Shown: in pieces, positions 41,166-49,921 of the stretch | Layout of the letters: every line of letters starts with the position of its first letter | Numbering within the stretch: the first letter of the stretch is position 1 | Assembly (NCBI GenBank): GCA_048940645.1 | Contig: JBHLOI010000017.1 | Coordinates: 1-63,511, forward strand | Origin: Promethearchaeota archaeon | GTDB lineage: Archaea > Asgardarchaeota > Lokiarchaeia > Sigyniarchaeales > SOKP01 | Direction: 5' to 3' | Length of the DNA: 63,511 nt | Translations under genes and position numbers: made by a program | The notes under the pieces: generated by a model | The model's database searches: none | The model's input: the letters and a program-made list of their open reading frames with translations, nothing else | Told to the model about the DNA's origin: nothing

Positions 41166-41201
41166 AATGGAGATTATTAAATGGAATTAAACAGGCAGGA
41201 C

Positions 41202-41390
41202 TTAAATTTGAAAAGATTCATAAATACTCTTAACATCAATAGCAAATTCTTTACAGATAACATATAAAACGTTTAATTTTGAGATTTCTTTGAGGTCTTG
41301 TTGTTTTTTAGCAATAAGATGCTCAATTTCTCTGCGCGATAAACCGGTTTGTTTTATTATGTTAGCAATATAATTATCCTTAAGATCCAT
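41202..41390 (-). CDS. Small helical protein (DUF2240/RPA N-terminus-like)
   Basis: YIANIIKQTGLSRREIEHLI..K...L..IS....L.VICKEF.ID. Confidence 0.6.
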   Translation of the reverse strand: MDLKDNYIANIIKQTGLSRREIEHLIAKKQQDLKEISKLNVLYVICKEFAIDVKSIYESFQI

Positions 41391-41622
41391 TTTCTCGTAA
41401 ATTAATCAGAGTTTTGTTATTTATTCTAGAATAGTATCTAAATAGTACACGTTTTCCTCTTTTATTGAAGAATAAAATTAAATACATATCGAATTTAGAT
41501 TACTAAATTATATTTCAAGATTAATCAGAAAATTATTGACAGATTAACTATACAGACACTTAAGTTAACCAATAAAAAATAGAATAAGTATTTAATAACC
41601 ATAAAAAATTAATTTAAGCATT

Positions 41623-41970
41623 ATGGAAGGTAAATATATTAGTCTCATAACCTACAAAAAGAATGGGGATCCCATAGCCACTCAGGTATGGTTCGTAGAA
41701 GGAGATGAAAAAGTGTATATCGTAACATTACAAGGAAGATATAAATTTAAACGAATTAAAAATAATTCAAATGTTAAAATTGCGCCTGCTAGCATGCGAG
41801 GTAAACCTAAGGGTGATTATTTTGATGGAACTGCTCGTATTCTCTCAGATGATGAGTCTAAACCTATTATCGTATTATTTAAGAAAAAATATCGTATGTT
41901 TAAAATGATGTTTAAAGAAGACCGGGAAGGAGAAAAGAAATCAATTTTTATTGAAATTACATTAAAATAG
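41623..41970 (+). CDS. PPOX-class F420-dependent oxidoreductase
   Basis: YISLITYKKNG.P.AT.VWF, K.KRIKNNS.V.IAP...RG. Confidence 0.9.
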   Translation: MEGKYISLITYKKNGDPIATQVWFVEGDEKVYIVTLQGRYKFKRIKNNSNVKIAPASMRGKPKGDYFDGTARILSDDESKPIIVLFKKKYRMFKMMFKEDREGEKKSIFIEITLK

Positions 41971-41985
41971 AAAGAATTAATTAGA

Positions 41986-42279
41986 CTATATTAATAACGT
42001 ATCTTTTAAAAGTTCTTTCAATTTATCTCTCTCATTTTTGGACAGATACCTTGAATCCTTACCTGCTTTTTCAAATCTATCTAGTGGAAGGTCCCCAATA
42101 AGATTAAGCAGAATGATTAAACTATTTTTCACTAGGGATGTATCATTCGTAGTATCTAACAAGAACATAAGCTTTCTAAGGGTTTTACATAGCCAAAGAG
42201 TTTCATAACGTTTATTTCGCGCTTTAGCATACCCTCTTAAGATTTTATTGTACCACCAGTCTTCATAATTACTAATCAT
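41986..42279 (-). CDS. Hypothetical protein
   Basis: ORF with plausible composition; no motif recognised. Confidence 0.6.
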   Translation of the reverse strand: MISNYEDWWYNKILRGYAKARNKRYETLWLCKTLRKLMFLLDTTNDTSLVKNSLIILLNLIGDLPLDRFEKAGKDSRYLSKNERDKLKELLKDTLLI

Positions 42280-42409
42280 TATCTTTATTCTAAACCTAAC
42301 TTATTATTATCCACTATATTTTGTGAATAGAGAATCTATCATAAATCTTAAAAGACTTGTAAATCAGTATAACAATATTAGATAAATGGATATAAACCAA
42401 GGGATTAAA

Positions 42410-42724
42410 ATGAGTTATTATATCTTTTTAGTTACAGTTCCTAATCTAGAGGAAAGCAAAAAAATTGCGAAAACGTTAGTAGAAAACAAAATTGCGGCAT
42501 GTGTAAATATTATTCAAGGTATTATTTCTATATACAGATGGAAGGGAAGAATTGAAGAGGATGGGGAGCAACTACTTGTAATTAAGACGAATGAAAGAAA
42601 TAGTGATCAGCTAATTGACAAGATTAATGAGATTCATAGCTATGACACCCCAGAATGTATAGGATTTAAGATAGAAAAAGGATCGGAAAAATATTTGAAC
42701 TGGATAAATCAAGTTGTAAAATAA
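42410..42724 (+). CDS. cutA: Divalent-cation tolerance protein CutA
   Basis: LVENKIAACVNI, SIYRWKG, IKT, HSYDTPE, YLNWI. Confidence 0.95.
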   Translation: MSYYIFLVTVPNLEESKKIAKTLVENKIAACVNIIQGIISIYRWKGRIEEDGEQLLVIKTNERNSDQLIDKINEIHSYDTPECIGFKIEKGSEKYLNWINQVVK

Positions 42725-42748
42725 AAAATATATTTCTAATGAATTATT

Positions 42749-43567
42749 ATGGCATTTGATATCTTCCAAGTAGATTGGATTTTAGTAGATAGTATAATAA
42801 TTATATTATTAATTCTATTACTTATAGGTGTTAGAATATTTAAAACCGTAAATAGATGGAGATACTCATTATCTAATGAAAGATTATCGAGAATAGTGTT
42901 TAAAGGCTCCGCTATTCAAAGTCAGAATAAAAATATTTTAATTAAAAAATTTGAATTAACAAAGCATCCTAATGAAAACAAGAGCGCTAATTCGAAGCCC
43001 ACATTAATATTAGTTAAATCTAAGAACAGAGGAAAGCTATCTAGCGCTTTAGCTGAAGGTATAAGCAGCTATGGAATGGATGTAATTAATTTAACGTGTA
43101 AAGCTCTAAAAAAACCCAAAAATAATAATAGTAGGGTTGAAGTTCAAAAAGATATTATGAAATTAATCAATTCCTTATATGAATTTTTCAATCAAAATAG
43201 AATTAAAATAAGCACGAAGTATTATCTTGTGAATTTTATTCAAGCAAATCTAATTTATAAACCATTTATAAACGATATTAACAATAATAAGCTTATTTTA
43301 ATTAATCCAAAATTAAATAGATTTAATAAAACACAAATTATTGAAATTTTAAATTCAAATAATTTAAGATCGCGACTATGTTTAGTATATAGTGGTAAGA
43401 TAAATCGATTTTTAAGAAAACATTCATTGAAAAAATTTATTGAAAAAATTACTTCGAACAACGAATCCGATTGGAGATTATTTATCTTTAAAAAAGCTTC
43501 AAATTCTTTCAAATATTATGAAACTATCCTTTTAGGCACCATAATTAACATTGTAGAAAAAAAATAA
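42749..43567 (+). CDS. Membrane-anchored hypothetical protein (possibly degenerate alpha/beta-hydrolase fold)
   Basis: N-terminal TM; LAEGISSYGMDVINL and KLILINP fold hints, no GxSxG. Confidence 0.6.
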   Translation: MAFDIFQVDWILVDSIIIILLILLLIGVRIFKTVNRWRYSLSNERLSRIVFKGSAIQSQNKNILIKKFELTKHPNENKSANSKPTLILVKSKNRGKLSSALAEGISSYGMDVINLTCKALKKPKNNNSRVEVQKDIMKLINSLYEFFNQNRIKISTKYYLVNFIQANLIYKPFINDINNNKLILINPKLNRFNKTQIIEILNSNNLRSRLCLVYSGKINRFLRKHSLKKFIEKITSNNESDWRLFIFKKASNSFKYYETILLGTIINIVEKK

Positions 43568-43595
43568 ATATATTGCAAAAAGCAAATCTTTACAT

Positions 43596-44303
43596 ATGAA
43601 AAAAGCAAAAATTTTAAGAGAACATCACCAAAAAACGATATATTTAGAAGATAATTGGAAACTCCTGAAATCAAAAAGAACCCGAGCAGCTGAATTATTA
43701 TCTATTTTCGTAAAAGAAGGATTGAAACCATTTATTTATGGGAGTGTTGCTCGCGGTGATGTTCATATAGATAGCGATATTGATATTATTTTCACGCAAT
43801 TAATTCCTTCTTTCCAAGTTGAATACATTTTGAATAAAAATGGATTTGATAATTATCTTCGAGAAATTCTTATGGCAACTCCAAATGATTCACTAAAGTT
43901 ATACATTTATTTAAGCGAATTAGAAAGTATAACAGTTCCACTTTCTAAATTCGAGGCTAATACCTTAGAATTTTATGATTTTGGTGGTAAAGTAAATTTA
44001 AATGATTTAAAAAATAACATTAGGGTGCCTGGAGTAGATAAGAGATTAATTTTAATCAAACCGAATAAACAGGGCCATGAAGAATACTCAATCATTGGAA
44101 ATGAACATTTAGCAGCAAAAGAGTTAAAAATAAGTTTAAATACCATAAATGAAAGAGTAAAAGTTTTACTTAAAAGAGAAAAACATGGAAGAACTGGAGT
44201 ATTTTTAAGAAGAACTATAAATATTCAAGAAACAACGGAAATTGTGTTAAAAAAGCTCGCTAATAAGAAATCTATTGTTAGAAAAAAACTCTATCAAAAA
44301 TGA
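43596..44303 (+). CDS. Archaeal pol-beta-type nucleotidyltransferase
   Basis: YGSVARGDVH.DSDIDI, EFYDFGG, RVPGVDKRL, ERVKVL.KR...GRTGVF. Confidence 0.9.
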   Translation: MKKAKILREHHQKTIYLEDNWKLLKSKRTRAAELLSIFVKEGLKPFIYGSVARGDVHIDSDIDIIFTQLIPSFQVEYILNKNGFDNYLREILMATPNDSLKLYIYLSELESITVPLSKFEANTLEFYDFGGKVNLNDLKNNIRVPGVDKRLILIKPNKQGHEEYSIIGNEHLAAKELKISLNTINERVKVLLKREKHGRTGVFLRRTINIQETTEIVLKKLANKKSIVRKKLYQK

Positions 44304-45460
44304 AAAAATCAAAAATTGCAAAATCAAAAGCAGAAACATATTTCATTAAAGGTAGAGGTATTCCAAAGGGATGCCGGTTATGCTTAATAGGTGCAAAAAC
44401 AGTTTTATTTATAAATGGACTATGTCAAAACCCTAAACATTGCTATTGGTATTGTCCCATCTCTGATGAAAGAAAAGGAAAGGATTTTACTTATGCCAAT
44501 GAAATTAAAATTAAATCTAAGGATGAATTAATTAATGAAATTAATATAATGAATGCAAAAGGGATGAGTGTAACAGGTGGAGATCCTCTCTTTGATAATA
44601 ATTTTGAAAAGACTCTAGATTTTATTAAATATGTCAAGAAGAAAAAAGGCAAAAAGTTTCACATTCATCTCTATACAAACGGATTAAATTTTAGTGAAGT
44701 TATTGCTAATAAATTGGCTGAAGCCGGATTAGATGAGATTAGATTTAATCCTCCAAAAGAAAAATGGAATGTAATTCAATCCGCATTAAATAAAGGAATT
44801 ATTGTTGGAGCAGAAGTACCGGTTATTCCCAATAAAAAATATATAAAGGAACTCGAAGAATTTATAATTTATTTGGATAGAATTGGAGCAGAATTCGTAA
44901 ATCTAAATGAATTTGAATTTTGTTTTCCAAATAGCCAAAATCTAAAGGAAAGGGGTTTTAAACTGAAGAAGGGATCAATTGCCTCTGTAGAAAATAGTAA
45001 TGAGATGGCTCTTGAACTATTGCATAAGATTCACGATAAGGTTTCTCTTCAAATCCACTTTTGCCCGATAAGAGCTAAGGATTATTGGCAACTAAAGGAA
45101 AGATACTTACGACGAGCAATATCAATTAAAATGCCTTATGAAGATATATCAGAAGAAGGTCTATTATTATATGCTAAAATTGAGGGCAATGAAACGTCTT
45201 TAATAGAATTTAAAGATTTTTTACTGAATGAGATAAGGATTCCTCAAAAGTATGTATATTTTGACAAGAAGCAAATAAAAATACCATTAGCTTTTGCGCT
45301 AGAAGAAAAATTCATAGGATTACTCGAAGAACGTGAATTAAAAGGATTTATTGTAGAAATAACTCCATTTAGGGAAGATGATTATTGTCAAATAACAGAA
45401 AAAACCCCCATTAAGGTTTTTAAACAAGAGATGAATATAGATGGAGATCAAGAAGGTTAA
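44300..45460 (+). CDS. Radical SAM protein (archaeal conserved family)
   Basis: PKGCRLC..GAK.VLF..GLC.....C.WYCP, TGGDP, HIHLYT, LDEIRF, NLNEFE. Confidence 0.9.
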   Translation: MKKSKIAKSKAETYFIKGRGIPKGCRLCLIGAKTVLFINGLCQNPKHCYWYCPISDERKGKDFTYANEIKIKSKDELINEINIMNAKGMSVTGGDPLFDNNFEKTLDFIKYVKKKKGKKFHIHLYTNGLNFSEVIANKLAEAGLDEIRFNPPKEKWNVIQSALNKGIIVGAEVPVIPNKKYIKELEEFIIYLDRIGAEFVNLNEFEFCFPNSQNLKERGFKLKKGSIASVENSNEMALELLHKIHDKVSLQIHFCPIRAKDYWQLKERYLRRAISIKMPYEDISEEGLLLYAKIEGNETSLIEFKDFLLNEIRIPQKYVYFDKKQIKIPLAFALEEKFIGLLEERELKGFIVEITPFREDDYCQITEKTPIKVFKQEMNIDGDQEG

Positions 45461-45887
45461 TTTAGATGATTTGGATGAAATTATGAAAATGGAAAAAGAA
45501 ACCTTCAAAAGTGATTCTTTTTCGAAAGAAACGATGAAACAATTGATCTTACAAAATACATTATTTTTAAAATTAATTAAAAAGCAAGATAAACAGAAAA
45601 TATTAGGCTTCATAATTATCATACAAGATGATCTTGATAGGATGAACATAATTAATTTTTTAATTAATAAAAAAAATCAAAATAAGGGTTATGGTTCTTA
45701 CTTATTAACGAAAACACTAGAAATAGTTAAAAAAGTAAGTGGAATAAAAAAGATCGTTTTAAATGTTAAAACAAAAAATAGAGCTGCAATAAAATTATAT
45801 GAAGAATTTAATTTTCGAATTATAAGAAAAATTGAAAATTACTATAGAAATCAAGAAAATGCTTACTTAATGGAATTAAATCTCTAA
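45441..45887 (+). CDS. GNAT N-acetyltransferase (RimI/Ard1-like)
   Basis: QNKGYGS.LL, LNV...N.AAI.LY...F, NYY...ENAYLM. Confidence 0.9.
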   Translation: MEIKKVNLDDLDEIMKMEKETFKSDSFSKETMKQLILQNTLFLKLIKKQDKQKILGFIIIIQDDLDRMNIINFLINKKNQNKGYGSYLLTKTLEIVKKVSGIKKIVLNVKTKNRAAIKLYEEFNFRIIRKIENYYRNQENAYLMELNL

Positions 45888-46013
45888 ATTTTATCGATTT
45901 TTAAATATTTTTCTATACCCTTAAACTTATAAATAAAAACTAATATAATATCTGTAAATTAAATTTTATAATTTCCTCAGAGAAATTATTAACTGTAAAG
46001 GAGATGAGGAATA

Positions 46014-46163
46014 TTGCCGATTGATAAAGAATTACAAGAAGAAATCAAGAAAGGGGTTTCTCTCCAAAAGGTTGATGAGGAAGAAATAAGAAAACGAGAA
46101 GAAGAAAAAAAGAAACGCATGGCAGAACTTGAAAAGATCAAAGCAGCCTTAGGAGAAAAATAA
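46014..46163 (+). CDS. Unannotated 49-aa protein with WH2-like actin-binding motif
   Basis: TTG start after purine-rich GGAGATGAGGA; MPIDKELQEEIKKGVSLQKVDEEEIRKREEEKKKRMAELEKIKAALGEK*. Confidence 0.75.
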   Translation: MPIDKELQEEIKKGVSLQKVDEEEIRKREEEKKKRMAELEKIKAALGEK

Positions 46164-46290
46164 TTAAAACTTAATATTTTTGTTTCCTTTTCCTTTTTTT
46201 TATTCATTCCATATGAAAAATTAAGCTTTTCTACGATCTATTCCTTAATAAATTTAAGGAAAATGTAAATTAGATAAGTTGATTTAATAT

Positions 46291-47364
46291 TTGAAGATTC
46301 TTGAGATAGATAATAAAAATCAAGAGATTACTCTTAAAACGGAGAATTTAAATGATTTATGGACACTCTATAATGTTATTTCTAAAAATGATAATGTCTC
46401 CACTCGTACCTCTAGAAGAGTGGTATTAAGGGAAGGTACAAAGGGAGACCGAAAACCTATGCGGTTAAAATTAAACGTGGAATCAATCTCATTCCATGAA
46501 TTTTCAAACAGATTACGAATTAAAGGGACTATTATTGAAGGTCCTGAGGATTTTGTAAGCTTTGGAACATATCATACGTTTAATATTGATATAGGTCAGA
46601 AAATGACAATTAAAAAGGAAAAATGGTTAAGGAGTGAAATAAAGAGGTTAAAAGAATCTTCAAAATTTGAAGTTAATTTTATATTATTAATAATTGCTAT
46701 TGAAACAGGATTAGCAACCGCATCTCTTATAACTAATTTCAGCCATAACAGAATAGCAACAATTAGAAAAACCATTCCTGGAAAAAGATATAAACAAACT
46801 TACCGAAATAAGGCATATGAGGAATTCTTTGATGACATTAAAAAAATTATTGATGAGAATATCAAAAACATAAATATTAATCTAATAATTTTATGTGGAC
46901 CGGGAAATACTAAAGATAATTTCATTAAATACTTGAAGGAAAAGAAAAATCCAGATTATATTTCAAAAATCAATAGTATCCATGCTAGTTCTGGTACTGA
47001 AAGTGCGATTTTAGAGACTTTAAAATCTACTAAATTAAAAAATTTAAAGAAAAATGTAAAAATATTACAAGAAGCAGAAAATATTGAAAAAATTTTCACA
47101 TTGTTCGCTACTGATGCTGATTTGATTTCAATTGGAATAAATGAAGTCTCCAAAGCTTCAAAAAAGGGAGCAGTAGAAGAATTATTCTTGGCTGATATTT
47201 TGATAAGAGGTACCTCAAAAGAAAAAAAACTTCAAATCGAAGAAATTTTAACTAATGTTGAAAATTCTGGGGGAAAGTTTCACATTTTAAGTAGTGAGCA
47301 TCCCACTGGGCAGCAAATTATTGATTTAGGAGAGATTGTTGCTATTCTAAGATATAAAATTTAA
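46291..47364 (+). CDS. pelA: mRNA surveillance protein Pelota
   Basis: ENLNDLWTLYNVI, FHEFSNRLRIKG, GTYHTFNI, IPGKRY, GPG, SSEH..GQQI..LG.I.AILRY. Confidence 0.96.
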   Translation: MKILEIDNKNQEITLKTENLNDLWTLYNVISKNDNVSTRTSRRVVLREGTKGDRKPMRLKLNVESISFHEFSNRLRIKGTIIEGPEDFVSFGTYHTFNIDIGQKMTIKKEKWLRSEIKRLKESSKFEVNFILLIIAIETGLATASLITNFSHNRIATIRKTIPGKRYKQTYRNKAYEEFFDDIKKIIDENIKNININLIILCGPGNTKDNFIKYLKEKKNPDYISKINSIHASSGTESAILETLKSTKLKNLKKNVKILQEAENIEKIFTLFATDADLISIGINEVSKASKKGAVEELFLADILIRGTSKEKKLQIEEILTNVENSGGKFHILSSEHPTGQQIIDLGEIVAILRYKI

Positions 47365-47395
47365 AGTTAAAAGGAAATTATTCGCCTTATTTAAT

Positions 47396-48430
47396 ATGAC
47401 TAATAATTTAATATATGTAGATAAGAGTTCTCAGATACCTCTCATGGGTGTAGATTTTATTGGAGTAGTAGATCGAGGCACAAATGTTATTGAAATAAAA
47501 CCTTTAACCTTATGTAATTTGAAATGCAAATATTGTTTTGTTAGTGCAGGGGATTATGAAACTAACTTTTTAATAAATTCTGATTATTTAATTGAAGAAA
47601 TTAGAAAAGCTATAGTTATTAAAGGGAATCATGATATTGAAATTCATATTGCTCCTTATGGTGAAATTTTATTATATTCAGAATTATATGAATTAATATA
47701 TCAACTTTGGGAAATTAAAGGAATAAAAACTATTTCAATGCAGACTAATGGGTTACTATTATCAGAAAAAATTATTAAGAAACTGAGCAATCTAAAACTT
47801 ACACGTATAAATATAAGTTTGAACTCTTTAGATGAAGAAAAAGCGAATTATTTATGCGCATGTAAGCAATATAATGTTAAAAAACTTATTGAAAATATTC
47901 ACACATTATTAAATTCTGAAATTAATGTATTAATTGCTCCTGTCTGGTTTCCGAAGCAAAATGATAAAGATATTGAAGACATCATAAAATTCATTGTTAA
48001 CCTAAGAAATCTTGGATTTTCTGAAAATAGAATTCAAATTGGAATCCAGAAGTACCTAATTTATAAAACTGGGAGAAAATTAAAAAAAATTCGGCCAAAA
48101 TCATGGGATTATTTTTATAATCAATTAACTAGATTAGAAAATAAATATAATATCAAATTGAAACTTGGACCTTTAGATTTTGGTATTCACAGGCGTTTAG
48201 GAATTTCAAATATTAATTTAAAAAAGCATGATATTATTGAATTAGAAATTGTATCAAAAGGACGTTGGAATCGTGAATGCATTGGCAGAATTGATGAGAA
48301 TTATGGAATAAAAGTTCTATTGAAAAAACCTCTAATATATTCAGATGAATTGTTGAATAAAACGATTGAAGTAAAAATTATAAAGGCAAATTATAAAGAT
48401 AATATTATTACAGCTTTATTTCCAATATAA
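47396..48430 (+). CDS. Radical SAM protein with C-terminal TRAM-like domain
   Basis: IPLMG..FIGVVDRGTNVIEIKP...CNLKCKYC, SMQTNG. Confidence 0.9.
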   Translation: MTNNLIYVDKSSQIPLMGVDFIGVVDRGTNVIEIKPLTLCNLKCKYCFVSAGDYETNFLINSDYLIEEIRKAIVIKGNHDIEIHIAPYGEILLYSELYELIYQLWEIKGIKTISMQTNGLLLSEKIIKKLSNLKLTRINISLNSLDEEKANYLCACKQYNVKKLIENIHTLLNSEINVLIAPVWFPKQNDKDIEDIIKFIVNLRNLGFSENRIQIGIQKYLIYKTGRKLKKIRPKSWDYFYNQLTRLENKYNIKLKLGPLDFGIHRRLGISNINLKKHDIIELEIVSKGRWNRECIGRIDENYGIKVLLKKPLIYSDELLNKTIEVKIIKANYKDNIITALFPI

Positions 48431-48526
48431 TTATGATTTAATAAAAAACTAAAAAATATAATTATGTAATACCATAAAAAACATACTAATAATTAATATA
48501 AATTATTTTTTTATAAATTGATTAAT

Positions 48527-49150
48527 ATGAGTCCAATTATTACACATGAAGATGAGCTTGAATTAGCAAGAACAGAAAAAGAGGTAGTGAGTCATATAAA
48601 ACGACTAGCAAAAGCACAAAATGACCTCATAAACTCTCAAAAAAAGTATGCTGAGAATCTTGCTAAAGCAAATCTAGTAAGAGAAATGTTAAATAGATCG
48701 TTTAGAGACGTCATAAAGCAGATGCAAACCTTACTTAGAGAGAAGAAATCAAATGTTCAAGATGAAGAAGTAAATTTATATCAAGATATTATACATAAAA
48801 ACGATGGTTATATCGAAGTAAACAATAAATATATTGATGCAATAAAAAATCTTACATTAAAAAAAGAATATTTTATTGAGAAAAAAAATGAATTCGCGGA
48901 TGCTTTAAGTGATGTAGCCGATAAAAGGAGTGCCGTTATTAAAAAAGCTTTAAGTGTTGAAAAAATGAAGAATAAATTAGTTGAAGGTGAAAAGTTAAAA
49001 AAGTTAGATTCTGAATTCAATGACTATCAAAGAGATTTTGATATAGCTAGGGATGTACTAATAAAGAAAGTTCATCAATTTTTAGAGGTAAGAAACGAGT
49101 TAGATGATTTATGGACGATTTTAAAAGATTCAGTATCTAAATCAAGCTAA
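48527..49150 (+). CDS. All-helical coiled-coil protein, BAR-domain-like
   Basis: About 207 aa, three long amphipathic helices, Lys-rich tip (KKALSVEKMKNK...EKLKKL); BAR call is inference. Confidence 0.6.
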   Translation: MSPIITHEDELELARTEKEVVSHIKRLAKAQNDLINSQKKYAENLAKANLVREMLNRSFRDVIKQMQTLLREKKSNVQDEEVNLYQDIIHKNDGYIEVNNKYIDAIKNLTLKKEYFIEKKNEFADALSDVADKRSAVIKKALSVEKMKNKLVEGEKLKKLDSEFNDYQRDFDIARDVLIKKVHQFLEVRNELDDLWTILKDSVSKSS

Positions 49151-49292
49151 TTTAATCTTTTTATATTTTTTTATACTTTTTATTGGGAAGTGTCTTAATT
49201 CCTACGGGCTTAAATTTATTAAACAATTCAAATATATAATTATTAGAAAAATTATTGGATAATTCTTTAATAATAAAAATTGAGAATAAAAA

Positions 49293-49757
49293 ATGGCAGA
49301 AGAATTCGCAAATTTCATGCAAGAAACTAGAAGGGCTCCTCTTGAAGAGAAATTAAACGCATTTGGAGATATAGTTGAAAGGATGATGTCAATGATTCTC
49401 AGAATTCCTGATCTAGTTGATCAGTCTTTATTAACTCTTAACCAAAAAATTTCAACTTTAGAATCCCAAATTAATACATTGAATAATAATATGGCATCAA
49501 TTAAATCAACTGGAGGAAATATAGCCCCTATGATATCAGCCCCCACTGCTCCTAGCAGTATACCTCCTCCACCTGGCGGTCCACCTAGCACTTCGTCTCC
49601 TGGAGGTTCAAGACCTCCTCCTGGCGGTCCTCCCCCACCTCCCGGCGGTCCACCTGGAGGACCTGGAGCTAATCGCCCTGCCAGTCCGATTAGTTTAAGA
49701 GGCGCTATAATGAGTGAACTTAAACAACTATTTAATAAACGCAAGACCCAAGGTTAA
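49293..49757 (+). CDS. Coiled-coil / polyproline protein with C-terminal WH2- or VASP-FAB-like helix
   Basis: Heptads LNQKISTLESQINTLNNNM; IPPPPGGPP, RPPPGGPPPPPGGPPGGPG; terminal LRGAIMSELKQLFNKRK. Confidence 0.8.
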   Translation: MAEEFANFMQETRRAPLEEKLNAFGDIVERMMSMILRIPDLVDQSLLTLNQKISTLESQINTLNNNMASIKSTGGNIAPMISAPTAPSSIPPPPGGPPSTSSPGGSRPPPGGPPPPPGGPPGGPGANRPASPISLRGAIMSELKQLFNKRKTQG

Positions 49758-49921
49758 AAATTTAAAATCTTTTTTCTCAAAATTATTACCCAAAAAGCAA
49801 TTCTCCACATCTTATTGGAGATTCTCTTTCTAGTTTTCTAATGCGAATTTTAATTAAAATTATAATGGATTAAAGATATAGATATATAAGGATAAAATAG
49901 GATTTTTGCTGGTTAAGTTCA

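Noticed and set aside
45989-46207. 72-aa - strand ORF
   Set aside because: F/S-rich antisense shadow of the 49-aa WH2-like ORF
49421-49744. Gly/Pro-rich 107-aa - strand ORF
   Set aside because: Antisense mirror of the polyproline gene (CCN/GGN symmetry)
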